From Vitreimonas sp. (GTDB lineage Bacteria; Patescibacteriota; Microgenomatia; UBA1400; PJMF01): a DNA stretch of 64,000 nt. The position numbers were made by a program, and so were the translations under genes. The notes below the pieces were generated by a model that was given only the letters and a program-made list of their open reading frames with translations, was not told the DNA's origin and ran no database searches. Position 1 is the stretch's first letter. Every line of letters starts with the position of its first letter. The stretch lies in NCBI GenBank assembly GCA_035627515.1, contig DASPLQ010000012.1, forward strand, positions 455,269 to 519,268. The letters are read 5' to 3'. Of the stretch, positions 37,849-46,898 are shown piece by piece.

Positions 37849-38226
37849 TTAAAAATTTGCGTCAGCAGGCGTCTGAGCGGCAGCCTCATACTCTTTAATC
37901 ACCTGTTGGCAGTATTGATAGCGAGCGTACTCAAAGGCTTTTTGGTGGATGGGTTGTTTGTGTTCACCGACTTCCACACTGGAACCAAGGACGTTGCCCA
38001 CGTGTGAACCGACTTCTTGTGAACGTGTAGAAAGTATCTGGAGCTGTGAACCAGCACTGCTACTAAGTTGCGCAACTGGGAGCTTGTCGCGGAATTGAAA
38101 AAGCGCCGTTTGGGCGTTTACCATCACTTGAGCTGGCAACACACCCCGATTTAAAGCGGTATACGCACCCACGCCTAAGATCACGAGTATCAAGCACAGT
38201 AATAATAAAGCTTTAACCATTTTCAT
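37849..38226 (-). CDS. Small secreted or anchored hypothetical protein.
   Basis: N-terminal signal anchor MKMVKALLLLCLILVILGVGAYTAL. 125 aa. Confidence 0.35.
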   Translation of the reverse strand: MKMVKALLLLCLILVILGVGAYTALNRGVLPAQVMVNAQTALFQFRDKLPVAQLSSSAGSQLQILSTRSQEVGSHVGNVLGSSVEVGEHKQPIHQKAFEYARYQYCQQVIKEYEAAAQTPADANF

Positions 38227-38258
38227 GAGCCATTTAGTATATCACTTTGAGAGGAGGC

Positions 38259-39470
38259 TTACTCGTAGCGGAGGGCTTCGATGGGTGAGAGCTTAGCGGC
38301 ACGGCGAGCGGGCGCTGCCCCAAAGACTAAACCAACTACCGTCGAAACACCAAAGGCCAAGATCACGGCCTGCATTGTGACTCGGGCGGGGAAGTAGGGT
38401 TGGATAGCGAGGGAACCTAGATAGGCAATGGCTAAGCCAATCAAGCCACCAATGATGGATAACAAGGCTGCCTCGATTAAAAACTGTAATAAAATTAAAT
38501 TTGGTGTCGCGCCCAGAGCTTTTCGCAAGCCGATTTCTCGGGTACGCTCAGTCACTGACACCAACATGATGTTCATGATACCAATGCCGCCCACCACCAG
38601 CGAGATGGCAGCAATGCCGCCCAAACCAGCCGTCATTGCCCCCAACACACTATTAATCGTGTTCAGTAATTGGGTTTGATCAAAGACGCTAAACTCATCT
38701 TCATCAAGTTCTTTCAGTAAGGTTTTTTCGATGCCAGCTTTGGCTTCCTCTAGTGACTTACCATCTTTAATTTTGAAGGTGAAGTTATCGATCAAATCAC
38801 GATTAAAATCATCGGCCAAAGTCTCGAGTGGAATGTAGATATAGTTATCAAAACTAGGTCCACCAAATCCGCCGCCTTTTTCTTTAAGAACGCCGCTGAC
38901 TTTATATGATCGTCCATCAAGACGAATGGTTTTATTGACGGGATCAACTTCTTTAAAAAGTTCTTCCGCAATTTTAGTGCCTAGCATCACCACCCGTTCG
39001 CCACTGACTTCATCGGTGTCGCTAAACCATTTGCCTTTTTCAGCAGGGCTGTTGGTGAGAATTTCATATTCATTGGTGGTGCCATACAGAGTGACGCGCT
39101 TGGTGACGTTGCGATATTTAGCTTCGCCGGTACCCAACACCGCCGCTGCACCTTCATCGATGTACTCGCGGTTGTTGCGCATCACGTCGTTGAGTTGCCG
39201 TATTTTGAGTAAGCCACGAGTGGTATCAATTAAGGTTTGTTCTTGGTTCCCAAAGCCCCCATCTTCGCCAAACGGATTACCTGGAACTACATAGAGTGTA
39301 TTACTTCCCAAATCTGCAAACTGCTCGGTAATATATGCCTGTAAGCCGGTGCCAATACTCGTTAATAACACCACCGAGCCGACGCCAATAATCACCCCTA
39401 ACATCGTCAGAAACGAGCGCGTTTTGTTGACAAAAATAGCCTTGAGGGCGATTTGGAAAATACTACCCAT
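38259..39470 (-). CDS. ABC transporter permease, MacB/FtsX family.
   Basis: N-terminal TM, large extracytoplasmic domain, then a C-terminal FtsX 3-TM bundle (LGATPNLILLQFLIEAALLSIIGGLIGLAIAYL). Confidence 0.8.
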   Translation of the reverse strand: MGSIFQIALKAIFVNKTRSFLTMLGVIIGVGSVVLLTSIGTGLQAYITEQFADLGSNTLYVVPGNPFGEDGGFGNQEQTLIDTTRGLLKIRQLNDVMRNNREYIDEGAAAVLGTGEAKYRNVTKRVTLYGTTNEYEILTNSPAEKGKWFSDTDEVSGERVVMLGTKIAEELFKEVDPVNKTIRLDGRSYKVSGVLKEKGGGFGGPSFDNYIYIPLETLADDFNRDLIDNFTFKIKDGKSLEEAKAGIEKTLLKELDEDEFSVFDQTQLLNTINSVLGAMTAGLGGIAAISLVVGGIGIMNIMLVSVTERTREIGLRKALGATPNLILLQFLIEAALLSIIGGLIGLAIAYLGSLAIQPYFPARVTMQAVILAFGVSTVVGLVFGAAPARRAAKLSPIEALRYE

Positions 39471-40179
39471 GTTTGCGTTTTCCTGTCAGTTTGCCGGCTT
39501 TGGGCATCTTAGTATCTTTAATAATCACCCCGTCCTTAAACACGACTAGTCGTTTAGCGATGGCCGCCACATCATCCTCGTGCGTAACCATAATGATGGT
39601 ACTACCTTCAGCATGCAACTCAGTTAACAATTTTTTGATATCCTCGCCACTTTTGGAATCAAGATTGCCGGTGGGCTCATCAGCAAAAATTAAACTGGGA
39701 TTATTGACCAGTGCCCGAGCGATGGCCACGCGCTGTTGTTGACCACCGGAGAGTTGGGCAGGTGTATTGTGGAGACGGTCACCTAAGCCGACGCGTTCCA
39801 ACATCGCTTGGGCTCGCTTCCTGCGGTCAGCTTCGCCCACGTTAGCGTAGACCAAAGGCAGCGCCACATTATCCAGCGCCGAAGTGCGAGCTAACAAATT
39901 AAACTGCTGAAACACAAACCCAATCTCTTGATTGCGCAGGCGAGCGCGTTCCACCTCATTAAACTTAGTTACATCTTTGCCTTTGAGTGAAATGACGCCG
40001 GTACTGGGTTCTGCCAGCATACTCGCCACTTGCAAAAATGTTGACTTACCGGAGCCAGACGGACCCATCACCGCCAAAAACTCACCCATTTCCACGTCGA
40101 TGCTGATGCCATCTAAAGCGCGGATGGTGCTATCACCCAGGTGGTAGTGCTTGGTGACGTTATCGAGTGCTAGTAACAT
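39463..40179 (-). CDS. ABC transporter ATP-binding protein (MacB/LolD-type).
   Basis: Walker A MGPSGSGKST. Signature LSGGQQQRVAIARAL. Walker B LIFADEPTGNLD. Confidence 0.85.
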   Translation of the reverse strand: MLLALDNVTKHYHLGDSTIRALDGISIDVEMGEFLAVMGPSGSGKSTFLQVASMLAEPSTGVISLKGKDVTKFNEVERARLRNQEIGFVFQQFNLLARTSALDNVALPLVYANVGEADRRKRAQAMLERVGLGDRLHNTPAQLSGGQQQRVAIARALVNNPSLIFADEPTGNLDSKSGEDIKKLLTELHAEGSTIIMVTHEDDVAAIAKRLVVFKDGVIIKDTKMPKAGKLTGKRKHG

Positions 40180-40207
40180 AGTTGATAAGGTAGTTAGCTA
40201 CAGGTTG

Positions 40208-40618
40208 TTAAGTTGTTAGATAATGCGGCGGGCGGTTACCAGCTTGATACGATAATATTTTATTTAGTATTTTCAAAATTTCGGTGAGATTGCTTTCTAA
40301 GAATGTAAATTTTTCAGTTTTAATGTAATTGAGATGATGAGAAATAATAAGTTGGGTTTCTAATTCAACTGCTGAAGCGTAAGCATAGCGTAGGAACTGA
40401 TGATATTCAGCCATCTTTTTTGATCGACCGCACCCTTCGGCAATATTAGAAGCTACTGACACCGATGCTCTTCGCATCTGTGAGGTTAATCCAAACATTT
40501 CAGTTCTTGGATATACATTTGTAACTGCATAAATATCGAAACAGAGCTGCATAGATTTCTGCCAAACAATTAGGTCTTTATACGATTTAACTTTGGGATA
40601 AGTAGACATTAAAGGCAA
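40208..40618 (-). CDS. Four-helix-bundle protein (23S rRNA intervening-sequence protein family).
   Basis: FGLTSQMRRASVSVASNIAEGCGR plus helical repeats typical of this family. Confidence 0.55.
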   Translation of the reverse strand: MPLMSTYPKVKSYKDLIVWQKSMQLCFDIYAVTNVYPRTEMFGLTSQMRRASVSVASNIAEGCGRSKKMAEYHQFLRYAYASAVELETQLIISHHLNYIKTEKFTFLESNLTEILKILNKILSYQAGNRPPHYLTT

Positions 40619-40735
40619 ATTTTAAAACACAATGGCTTTAAAAGCATTGCTCATCAGCTACCTATCAATTCTATTTCAGCACTTAACTTTTATTCTAACT
40701 ATCTGTAGCTAACTATCTGTAGCTAACTATCTGAA

Positions 40736-41782
40736 TCACTGTGGAATCAACACTTCATCAGTGAGGTTAAGACCCCGCGTGACCTCGACTGTATCTTCAG
40801 TTTCTAAGTCGACCTCAATTTCGCGTTCTTCATAGGTGAACTCACCCGTGCGGACATCAACCACGGTTTTGTCATCGCGGTCGCGCGTGGCATCAAGTGG
40901 AATAACTAATACCTGTTTTCTAGTATCTACCGTAATGTTGACGTCACCATTCATACCCAAGCGCATTTTTTGGAGCGCGTCAGGTTGTTCGATGGGGAAC
41001 TCCACAATAAAGACGGTGCCAGATGAACTTTGGCTGCTTTTGAAATCAATACTTTTGACGTAGGTGGTAATTTTTTCGTCAGGATAGGCATCCAACTCGA
41101 TCTCAGCTACTTGGCCAACTTGAATTTGACTAATGTCTGCCTCATCAATGCCAGCGCGGAAGACTAAGGTGGCAGGATCGACGAGTTCGAAAGCGTCAGT
41201 TAGGCCTAGATTCACGCCAGTGACGGTTGTGGGAGCAGCAGTTAAGATGCCAGCAAAGGGGGCAGTAATGACGGTGTTTTTGATGGCAATGTCACGAATC
41301 TCCACGTTTAATACAGTGTCATCAAGATCCCATTGTTCTTTATCGATGCGGCGACGAGTAGGGAGGGTCTCGACGTGATAATCAGTGGCGTCTTGGGTGG
41401 CTTCCCAATCCCAACGTTCACGCATGTAAGCGTTTAAATCTTGTTGCAGTCGTTTTTCCAGCTCTCTGCGATCGATGGTGGCAATAGTTTGCCATTTTTT
41501 AACCATGTCACCAGGCTGAGCACCAAGGTAAACAACTTTACCTCCCGCCGCGAAGCGGAGGCTGGCTTTTTGTTTGGCATCAACCACACCAGAAACTTGA
41601 ATGGTTTTGGTCAAATCTTGAGTTCGGGGTTTTTCGAAGGTTAAGTCTGGCTTAGCGGCCTCGGCGCGGCGATACTGCCAGTAGCCACCCCCGGCGGCAA
41701 TTAACAGCACAATCAGGATCAGTTTCCAGCGGCGGCGAATGAGGTGCCAAGTTCTAGTAGGCAACGACAGCAAAAATTTCAC
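40736..41782 (-). CDS. Efflux periplasmic adaptor / membrane-fusion protein (HlyD/MacA-like).
   Basis: N-terminal TM. Beta-barrel/lipoyl-like segments. Operon with the ABC ATPase and FtsX permease. Confidence 0.55.
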   Translation of the reverse strand: MKFLLSLPTRTWHLIRRRWKLILIVLLIAAGGGYWQYRRAEAAKPDLTFEKPRTQDLTKTIQVSGVVDAKQKASLRFAAGGKVVYLGAQPGDMVKKWQTIATIDRRELEKRLQQDLNAYMRERWDWEATQDATDYHVETLPTRRRIDKEQWDLDDTVLNVEIRDIAIKNTVITAPFAGILTAAPTTVTGVNLGLTDAFELVDPATLVFRAGIDEADISQIQVGQVAEIELDAYPDEKITTYVKSIDFKSSQSSSGTVFIVEFPIEQPDALQKMRLGMNGDVNITVDTRKQVLVIPLDATRDRDDKTVVDVRTGEFTYEEREIEVDLETEDTVEVTRGLNLTDEVLIPQ

Positions 41783-41924
41783 ATATTAACTATAAACGTT
41801 TTTGGCTATCAAGCCAAGTGGAGGTCGAAGGCGCATCTGGATCATTGTCAAAATACCAGTGGTTTTTTTCAAAACTTTCGAGTGAGAGGTGTTTCATCAT
41901 GACTAGTGAGATTGCTGCAAAAGT

Positions 41925-42240
41925 CCGCCTGGGGTGTGTACAAAATGTACGTTTTGACTGTAATGACGTGTATCCAGGCGAACTTCTGAAGCAAGGGTGG
42001 AGGGAATAGCTGAAAGTCCTTTAAGAAGTTTTCTCAAGGTGTGCGAAAAAAGGGCTTAGCTTTTTTGTTTGATAGTGGTTGTTCAAAAAGTGAACTTTGT
42101 GAAGGTTGTGCGATTTTTGTTAATAAACGCACAATCGATAAAAAAAACAGGTTTATGAAGATGAGTCCCTGCTAAGGTCTTTTTCGTAAAAGGAAGTTTT
42201 GTGTCTGTTGTATGATTTTTGCCAATATTCATACAAGCGA
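41925..42240 (-). repeat. Copy A (reverse orientation) of a structured intergenic module also found upstream of lepA and the J-domain gene.
   Basis: Contains a long stem-loop flanked by the inverted repeat ccgcctgg/ccaggcg (41925-41983). Contains the palindrome TTGTGCG-N15-CGCACAA (42106-42134) and a match to cttgtatgaatattggcaaaaatcata (42211-42240, reverse complement). It points toward the efflux operon start at 41782. Confidence 0.6.
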
Positions 42241-42322
42241 AAAAAGAGACTTAATCAGAAAACTCTTTTCCCCCCCAGCTCACTGAGCTGAAAAGCTTTC
42301 CCTTCCCATGACATAATTAGGA

Positions 42323-42347
42323 CACGATTGTGGCACAAATATGCCAC
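42323..42347 (+). promoter_or_regulatory. 25-nt element cacgattGTGGCAcaaatatGCCAC, identical to 58706-58730.
   Basis: Exact 25/25 identity between two intergenic sites. Perfect 6-bp inverted repeat GTGGCA/TGCCAC with a 7-nt spacer. Confidence 0.45.
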
Positions 42348-42413
42348 GAGTAAATTGGTGCGCTCTGTGAAGGTACCGCGGCCAAACTCCTGATATAATT
42401 ACGGCTGTTAAGC

Positions 42414-42486
42414 GAGCCGATAGCTCAGCTGGTAGAGCAGAAAGCTTATACCTTTCCGGTCGGGGGTTCGAGTCCCTCTCGGCTCA
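42414..42486 (+). tRNA. tRNA with anticodon UAU. Formally tRNA-Ile(UAU), decoding AUA.
   Basis: Manual fold: acceptor GAGCCGA/TCGGCTC (7 bp, perfect). D-stem GCTC/GAGC with loop AGCTGGTA. Anticodon stem GAAAG/CTTTC with loop cTTATAc (U33, anticodon TAT, A37). Variable CGGTC. T-stem GGGGG/CCCTC with loop TTCGAGT. Discriminator A. CCA not encoded. Confidence 0.7.
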
Positions 42487-42561
42487 CACATTCACTTTTC
42501 CCTTCATACAAAAAACCCTGCAGTGTTACCACCGCAGGGCTCAATTTCAAAACTATTCAGC

Positions 42562-43491
42562 TTATAAAATCAGTAAGGCAAGGACTGCTCCACCGACAAT
42601 GGCGAGTAAGCCTGGGCCGATGAACTTCTTGAAGGTATCAGCTGCACCTGAGCGAGGTAACTCACTTGGTAAGGGCTCGGTTCCATCAACGGTTTGAGTC
42701 GGCACGTAGGTGGTTGTAGAAGGTGGCGTACAAGAAGCACTTTCTGGATTAGACTCTAAGCGACAGACGCGACCTTGGTTGGTGTCATAACAGGCATGAT
42801 CAGGATTACTACAGTCACTATCAGTACCACAGGCTTGGTTACAGTAAGCGGTACTACAGCTGGCGCTGGTTGGATTAGTAGCTAAGCGACAGTTCCCGTT
42901 GTAACAGATGAAGTTACTATTGGCTTGAGCACATTGTGTGTTGTTCTGACAGGTACTGTTACAAGAGTAGGTTGTAGTTGTCGTTGGTGATGGCGATGGG
43001 CTCGTACTTGGTGAAGGACTTGGGCTCGTGCTTGGTGAAGGTGAAGGGCTAGTACTCGGTGATGGACTAGGACTGGTGCTCGGTGATGGGCTGGGTGAGG
43101 TAGATGGTGAGGGACTTGGAGAACCAGCCACTACAAATGATAAGGAACAATTGGCAGTTTGAACCACTGCAGCTTGAGGACGTGAGTCTGGAGCAGTAGG
43201 AGCGACCGGAGTTTGATCCACGCGTTGGCGGATGGCAGTTAAGACACCGGCCATGGATAACACAAAGAACAGGGTTAAGCCCAACACAGTCATCACTGAC
43301 CGAGCATCTATTCCGAAAATTTTGCGAGGTTGTTTACCAGCAGCAGGGAAGCCCTTGAAGTTGGTACCACCGGCATTACCACCACCAGCGCCACTAGCCG
43401 TCATGACTGGTGTGGCAGGAGCTACCGGAGCAGCGCCAGTAGTAACTGGTTGTTTGGTGTAGCTAGTTGGTGTTGGTGTCGCGTTAATCAT
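42562..43491 (-). CDS. Surface protein with an N-terminal signal anchor, a (SPSPSPST)n linker, two Cys-rich modules and a C-terminal hydrophobic anchor preceded by LPRSG.
   Basis: TM VMTVLGLTLFFVLSMAGVLTAI. Repeat SPSPSTSPSPSPSTSPSPSPSTSPSPSP. Modules YSCNSTCQNNTQCAQANSNFICYNGNCRLATNPTSASC and NQACGTDSDCSNPDHACYDTNQGRVCRLESNPESASC. Tail ELPRSGAADTFKKFIGPGLLAIVGGAVLALLIL. Confidence 0.5.
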   Translation of the reverse strand: MINATPTPTSYTKQPVTTGAAPVAPATPVMTASGAGGGNAGGTNFKGFPAAGKQPRKIFGIDARSVMTVLGLTLFFVLSMAGVLTAIRQRVDQTPVAPTAPDSRPQAAVVQTANCSLSFVVAGSPSPSPSTSPSPSPSTSPSPSPSTSPSPSPSTSPSPSPSTSPSPSPTTTTTYSCNSTCQNNTQCAQANSNFICYNGNCRLATNPTSASCSTAYCNQACGTDSDCSNPDHACYDTNQGRVCRLESNPESASCTPPSTTTYVPTQTVDGTEPLPSELPRSGAADTFKKFIGPGLLAIVGGAVLALLIL

Positions 43492-43507
43492 GATTGGTAT
43501 CCATTAG

Positions 43508-46500
43508 TTATGGTGTTACCCCTGTCCCAAACGGGTTTTCATATGAGTGACAACTGGTATCATCTTGAGTGGTACAGATTCGGCATTGTGCAGCGTGCAG
43601 ACCAGTCTTGGTGATCGTGTAATTATTAGACACTCGACCAGTCATCTGTAAGTTGACGAGCACACCATCTGGCTCTACGATCCGGGCTTGGTACTTACCA
43701 CTTTGAGTGATGGCAGCTACTTCGCCACAAGTAATGCGGATGGCGTTGCCCATGGCAGGGTCTTGAGTAGCTGGAGCACTTGGGTTGGTTACATTAGTCA
43801 TTTGAATTGACAAACATTGTGGTCCGACTGGTGCCTGACAACTACCACTGGTTGGATTCTCAGGTAAGCGGCAGCGTTTGCCGGTGGCGCCCGTGTCGAT
43901 ACACTTCAGGCGGGAGTCAGCAGTGGCACATTGAGCATCATTTCCACATTCACTGTTACAGAAGTACCCAGGTGGTAAGGATGGAGGAGGACTCTCCTGA
44001 GTTACTGTTACTGGAGGTATGTTAGGCGCTGGAGGCTGGATCACTGGAGGTTGAGTACTACAGTTCGCAGCACATTGGTAGATAGTCATGGTGCCTTCAC
44101 CTGGTTTGCCCAGAGCACATTCTTTTCGACCATCGCCGTTGACATCTTTACAAACGTAATCATTAGGATTATCGCGGGTGGTACAAGAGTACACAGTGGA
44201 GTTGAAGCCACCACCGTCAGTGCGAGTATAAGAACCACTGCCGTTGAAGGTACCGCGACAGTCACATTGAATGACACCACAGCCGCTTGGCAGTTGACTC
44301 TTCATGTTCGCAGAGTTTGGTAAAGGTCCATTAACAAAGCCAGAGCCAGTGAATTTCCCGGTATTACAAGCACCGCCGAGACTACCATCGCAAGCATAAC
44401 AAGCATATTCACAAGTTTCGCCAACACTACCACCATAGGTAGGTGTCCCACCAGCAGAACTAGCACAATAACCAGCTCCATCACCAGTAAGATCACAGCG
44501 ACCACTAGCGCACTGATTACTCGTAGAACAGAGACAGTTGCCACCACGGCCGGTCGTAGCACTACAGTTAACATTATTACCAGTAGTGTTAGTGCCCCCG
44601 CTAACAACTCTTACACACTCACCATTTTGATAATTAGAACCGTTAGCACAAGCGCGAGTCAAAGCACCAGTTTGGGAATGATAACACTCCCAACTATTAG
44701 CTTTATTATCACTAAAAGTTGCTCCTTCACACACATTTCCTTTTTTACAACCACCGCTTGTCCAGGCACAGCCAGGATAAGCATTACAGGCAGTAGCACC
44801 AGAATCAAAGTTTCCACAGTTGCCGTTTGGATCACTGCCAATAGGTGTATTACATTCACCATTAGTCATCACCCAACCTTCTTTACATTGGAACTCAATT
44901 GATTTGCTTGAGCCTGTGCCTACAGTACAGCGTTCTTTGTTAGGACCACCGTCACTGGTGCCAGAGTCACGGGTACAAGCTTTTATTTCTTTACAAGAAT
45001 TGTCTTCAAAAATACATCCAGACCGTGCGTTACAAGCGCTGGCGCTGGTATCGTAGTTACCACATGAGCCTTGGGGATCTTGGCTGGTGGCTACACAACT
45101 CCCTGCATTATTTACATAACCAGTCTTACATTGTGCAGTAGTGGCACCGGATGATTGATGAACACAGAGTTCACCATTTGCAGGTGCGTTTAAGCCAGAA
45201 ATTGAAATAGTTTGTTTAGTACAGTAAGGTAAACCATTGGGAGCAGTACCTGTTGGATTAAGTTCGACGTTATTACACTCTTTAGGTAAAGTAGAACTAA
45301 TAGAGAAGGTGTGCTTAACTCCAGCAGTGCCGCCATTTTTACCAGTTTGAGTACACTCACAAGTAGTGTCATTGAGTTTAGTAGCTCCACCAGGACAAAC
45401 TACGTTTACAGCTTGGGCACAAGTTTGCCCATTAGTAGCCACTTTACCTGTGTTAGGACCAGAACTACAAATACAGCCATTTGGATTAGTACAAGTAGCA
45501 CCCTCTGGGATGAGACTTCGAGCATTAGGATCAACGCCGCCAGTGGCACTGCTGCGACAAACTCCGCCATTAGACATAATCTTGCCCGCATCTAATCCAC
45601 CAATACATTTACAGCCGCCAGCATTGTTACACGTTTCGCCAGAGTTAATTTCCTTAATAGTGGCAGGTGCGGTGGAAGTTGCAGCTTTACAACTAGTTCC
45701 ATAACCAATCACTTTGCCTTTATCTGGGCCATCTAAACACTCACATCCAGGAGTTTCTAAACACTGTCTGCCAGCTAAGATACCAATTCGCCCTGAAGGA
45801 GTGGTGGTGCCACCAGTTCCTGTGCTAGGAGGAGTTGTACCGCCACCGCCACCACCACAAGTGGCGCCGTTAGCAATTGAACCACGCGTGTTGTTAGCGC
45901 TACACAAACAGCCCCCGGCATTGTTACACACAGCGCCAGGACCTAAATCACCTGCACATTGATACGTACAGGAAGCGGCACAAACGCCCCATTGACCATC
46001 GGCGTTACCACTACAGTTACCAGTTTTACATTCTAAGACACCGCCGCGACAACAAGCGCCGCCAATATCTACACTATTAGGGGTGCCTGAGGCTGGATTA
46101 CAAGCTGAGCCAACAGCGCCACCGCCACCACCCGTAGCTGGAGGAGTTGTTGTACCACCTGTAGCTGGAGGAACTGTGCCACCACAAGCGACACCAGTAT
46201 TAGTCCACCAACCATTACAATTTGATCGATCACAGCGCCACATGGTCTTAGAATCAGTATTACAACGACTTTGACCTGTAGCTACGCCATCACAATCATT
46301 GGGATTACCACAACCACCGCCACCCCCACCGTTGTCAGCAGGAGGAGGTGGCGGCGGAGCGGGAGGGGATCCACACGTACCAGTTTCCTGCCAAGAGCCA
46401 TTATTACAACGAAAGGTTTTTCCTAAAGCAGTATTACAATGTTCTGAACCTGAAGTTGCCCAGCCATCACATTTAGCGCCAGCAGCTTGGTTCACAATAT

Positions 46501-46720
46501 TAGTGTCATTTTGAGTCAAATAAAAGCCTGCGCCTGCACCTAAGAGGACTAAGACTAAAACAGTCACACCGGCGAAGATCTTCCAATATTTTTTTAGTGC
46601 CGCAAAGCGACTAGGAGTTTTGTTAAAGGAGCTGCCCATACTACTAGTAGGGGTGCTTGAAGAGGGAGTGCTTGGCATTCCGGAAACTGAGTTTGGAGCA
46701 GCGGTAGTGCTGTTTAACAT
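43508..46720 (-). CDS. Giant (1070 aa) Cys-, Gly- and Thr-rich secreted protein with internal repeats. Likely a surface adhesin or structural protein.
   Basis: N-terminal TM anchor YWKIFAGVTVLVLVLLGAGAGFYL. More than 100 Cys residues. Recurring CNNAGGC[KL]C...G.[IV]..NG..C units. C-terminal module YFCNSECGNDAQCATADSRLKCIDTGATGKRCRLPENPTSGSC shared with 42562-43491. Confidence 0.55.
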   Translation of the reverse strand: MLNSTTAAPNSVSGMPSTPSSSTPTSSMGSSFNKTPSRFAALKKYWKIFAGVTVLVLVLLGAGAGFYLTQNDTNIVNQAAGAKCDGWATSGSEHCNTALGKTFRCNNGSWQETGTCGSPPAPPPPPPADNGGGGGGCGNPNDCDGVATGQSRCNTDSKTMWRCDRSNCNGWWTNTGVACGGTVPPATGGTTTPPATGGGGGAVGSACNPASGTPNSVDIGGACCRGGVLECKTGNCSGNADGQWGVCAASCTYQCAGDLGPGAVCNNAGGCLCSANNTRGSIANGATCGGGGGGTTPPSTGTGGTTTPSGRIGILAGRQCLETPGCECLDGPDKGKVIGYGTSCKAATSTAPATIKEINSGETCNNAGGCKCIGGLDAGKIMSNGGVCRSSATGGVDPNARSLIPEGATCTNPNGCICSSGPNTGKVATNGQTCAQAVNVVCPGGATKLNDTTCECTQTGKNGGTAGVKHTFSISSTLPKECNNVELNPTGTAPNGLPYCTKQTISISGLNAPANGELCVHQSSGATTAQCKTGYVNNAGSCVATSQDPQGSCGNYDTSASACNARSGCIFEDNSCKEIKACTRDSGTSDGGPNKERCTVGTGSSKSIEFQCKEGWVMTNGECNTPIGSDPNGNCGNFDSGATACNAYPGCAWTSGGCKKGNVCEGATFSDNKANSWECYHSQTGALTRACANGSNYQNGECVRVVSGGTNTTGNNVNCSATTGRGGNCLCSTSNQCASGRCDLTGDGAGYCASSAGGTPTYGGSVGETCEYACYACDGSLGGACNTGKFTGSGFVNGPLPNSANMKSQLPSGCGVIQCDCRGTFNGSGSYTRTDGGGFNSTVYSCTTRDNPNDYVCKDVNGDGRKECALGKPGEGTMTIYQCAANCSTQPPVIQPPAPNIPPVTVTQESPPPSLPPGYFCNSECGNDAQCATADSRLKCIDTGATGKRCRLPENPTSGSCQAPVGPQCLSIQMTNVTNPSAPATQDPAMGNAIRITCGEVAAITQSGKYQARIVEPDGVLVNLQMTGRVSNNYTITKTGLHAAQCRICTTQDDTSCHSYENPFGTGVTP

Positions 46721-46898
46721 TGTTTAAATTTTCTTTAACACACAACAACGCCAAGAAACTTGGCTGAGTATCAGAATACAAAGTTTTCGATACCCGAGTC
46801 AAGGGGGAGAATGGGGTATTTTCAGGCAGAAAAAGCCCAAACAGATCACAATATATGTTCAATCTGTGACAGAGTATATCAACAATGAAAAGATGAAG

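Noticed and set aside
41818-42009. 63-aa plus-strand ORF in the intergenic region upstream of the efflux operon.
   Set aside because: It coincides with the repeated structured module (copy A). The corresponding sequence in copies B and C does not keep an ORF, so it is more likely noncoding.
42323-42347. Interpretation of TGGCAC-N5-TGCC as a sigma-54 promoter.
   Set aside because: The -12 element is TGCC rather than the TTGC(A/T) consensus. The site is a perfect dyad, which is more typical of an operator. No rpoN or enhancer-binding protein is seen in the window. Kept only as a low-probability alternative.
42562-43491. C-terminal ELPRSG plus hydrophobic stretch as a bona fide sortase LPXTG sorting signal.
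   Set aside because: The hydrophobic segment is not followed by the usual basic tail and no sortase gene is visible. Recorded only as a possibility within the surface-protein finding.
43807-46514. Numerous 60-110 aa ORFs on the plus strand inside the giant Cys-rich gene, for example 44302-44607, 45366-45704 and 46299-46514 with poly-Pro/Gly translations.
   Set aside because: They are antisense shadows of a long, repetitive GC-biased gene. Translations are low-complexity with no start or RBS context. The minus-strand 1070-aa ORF is continuous and explains the region.
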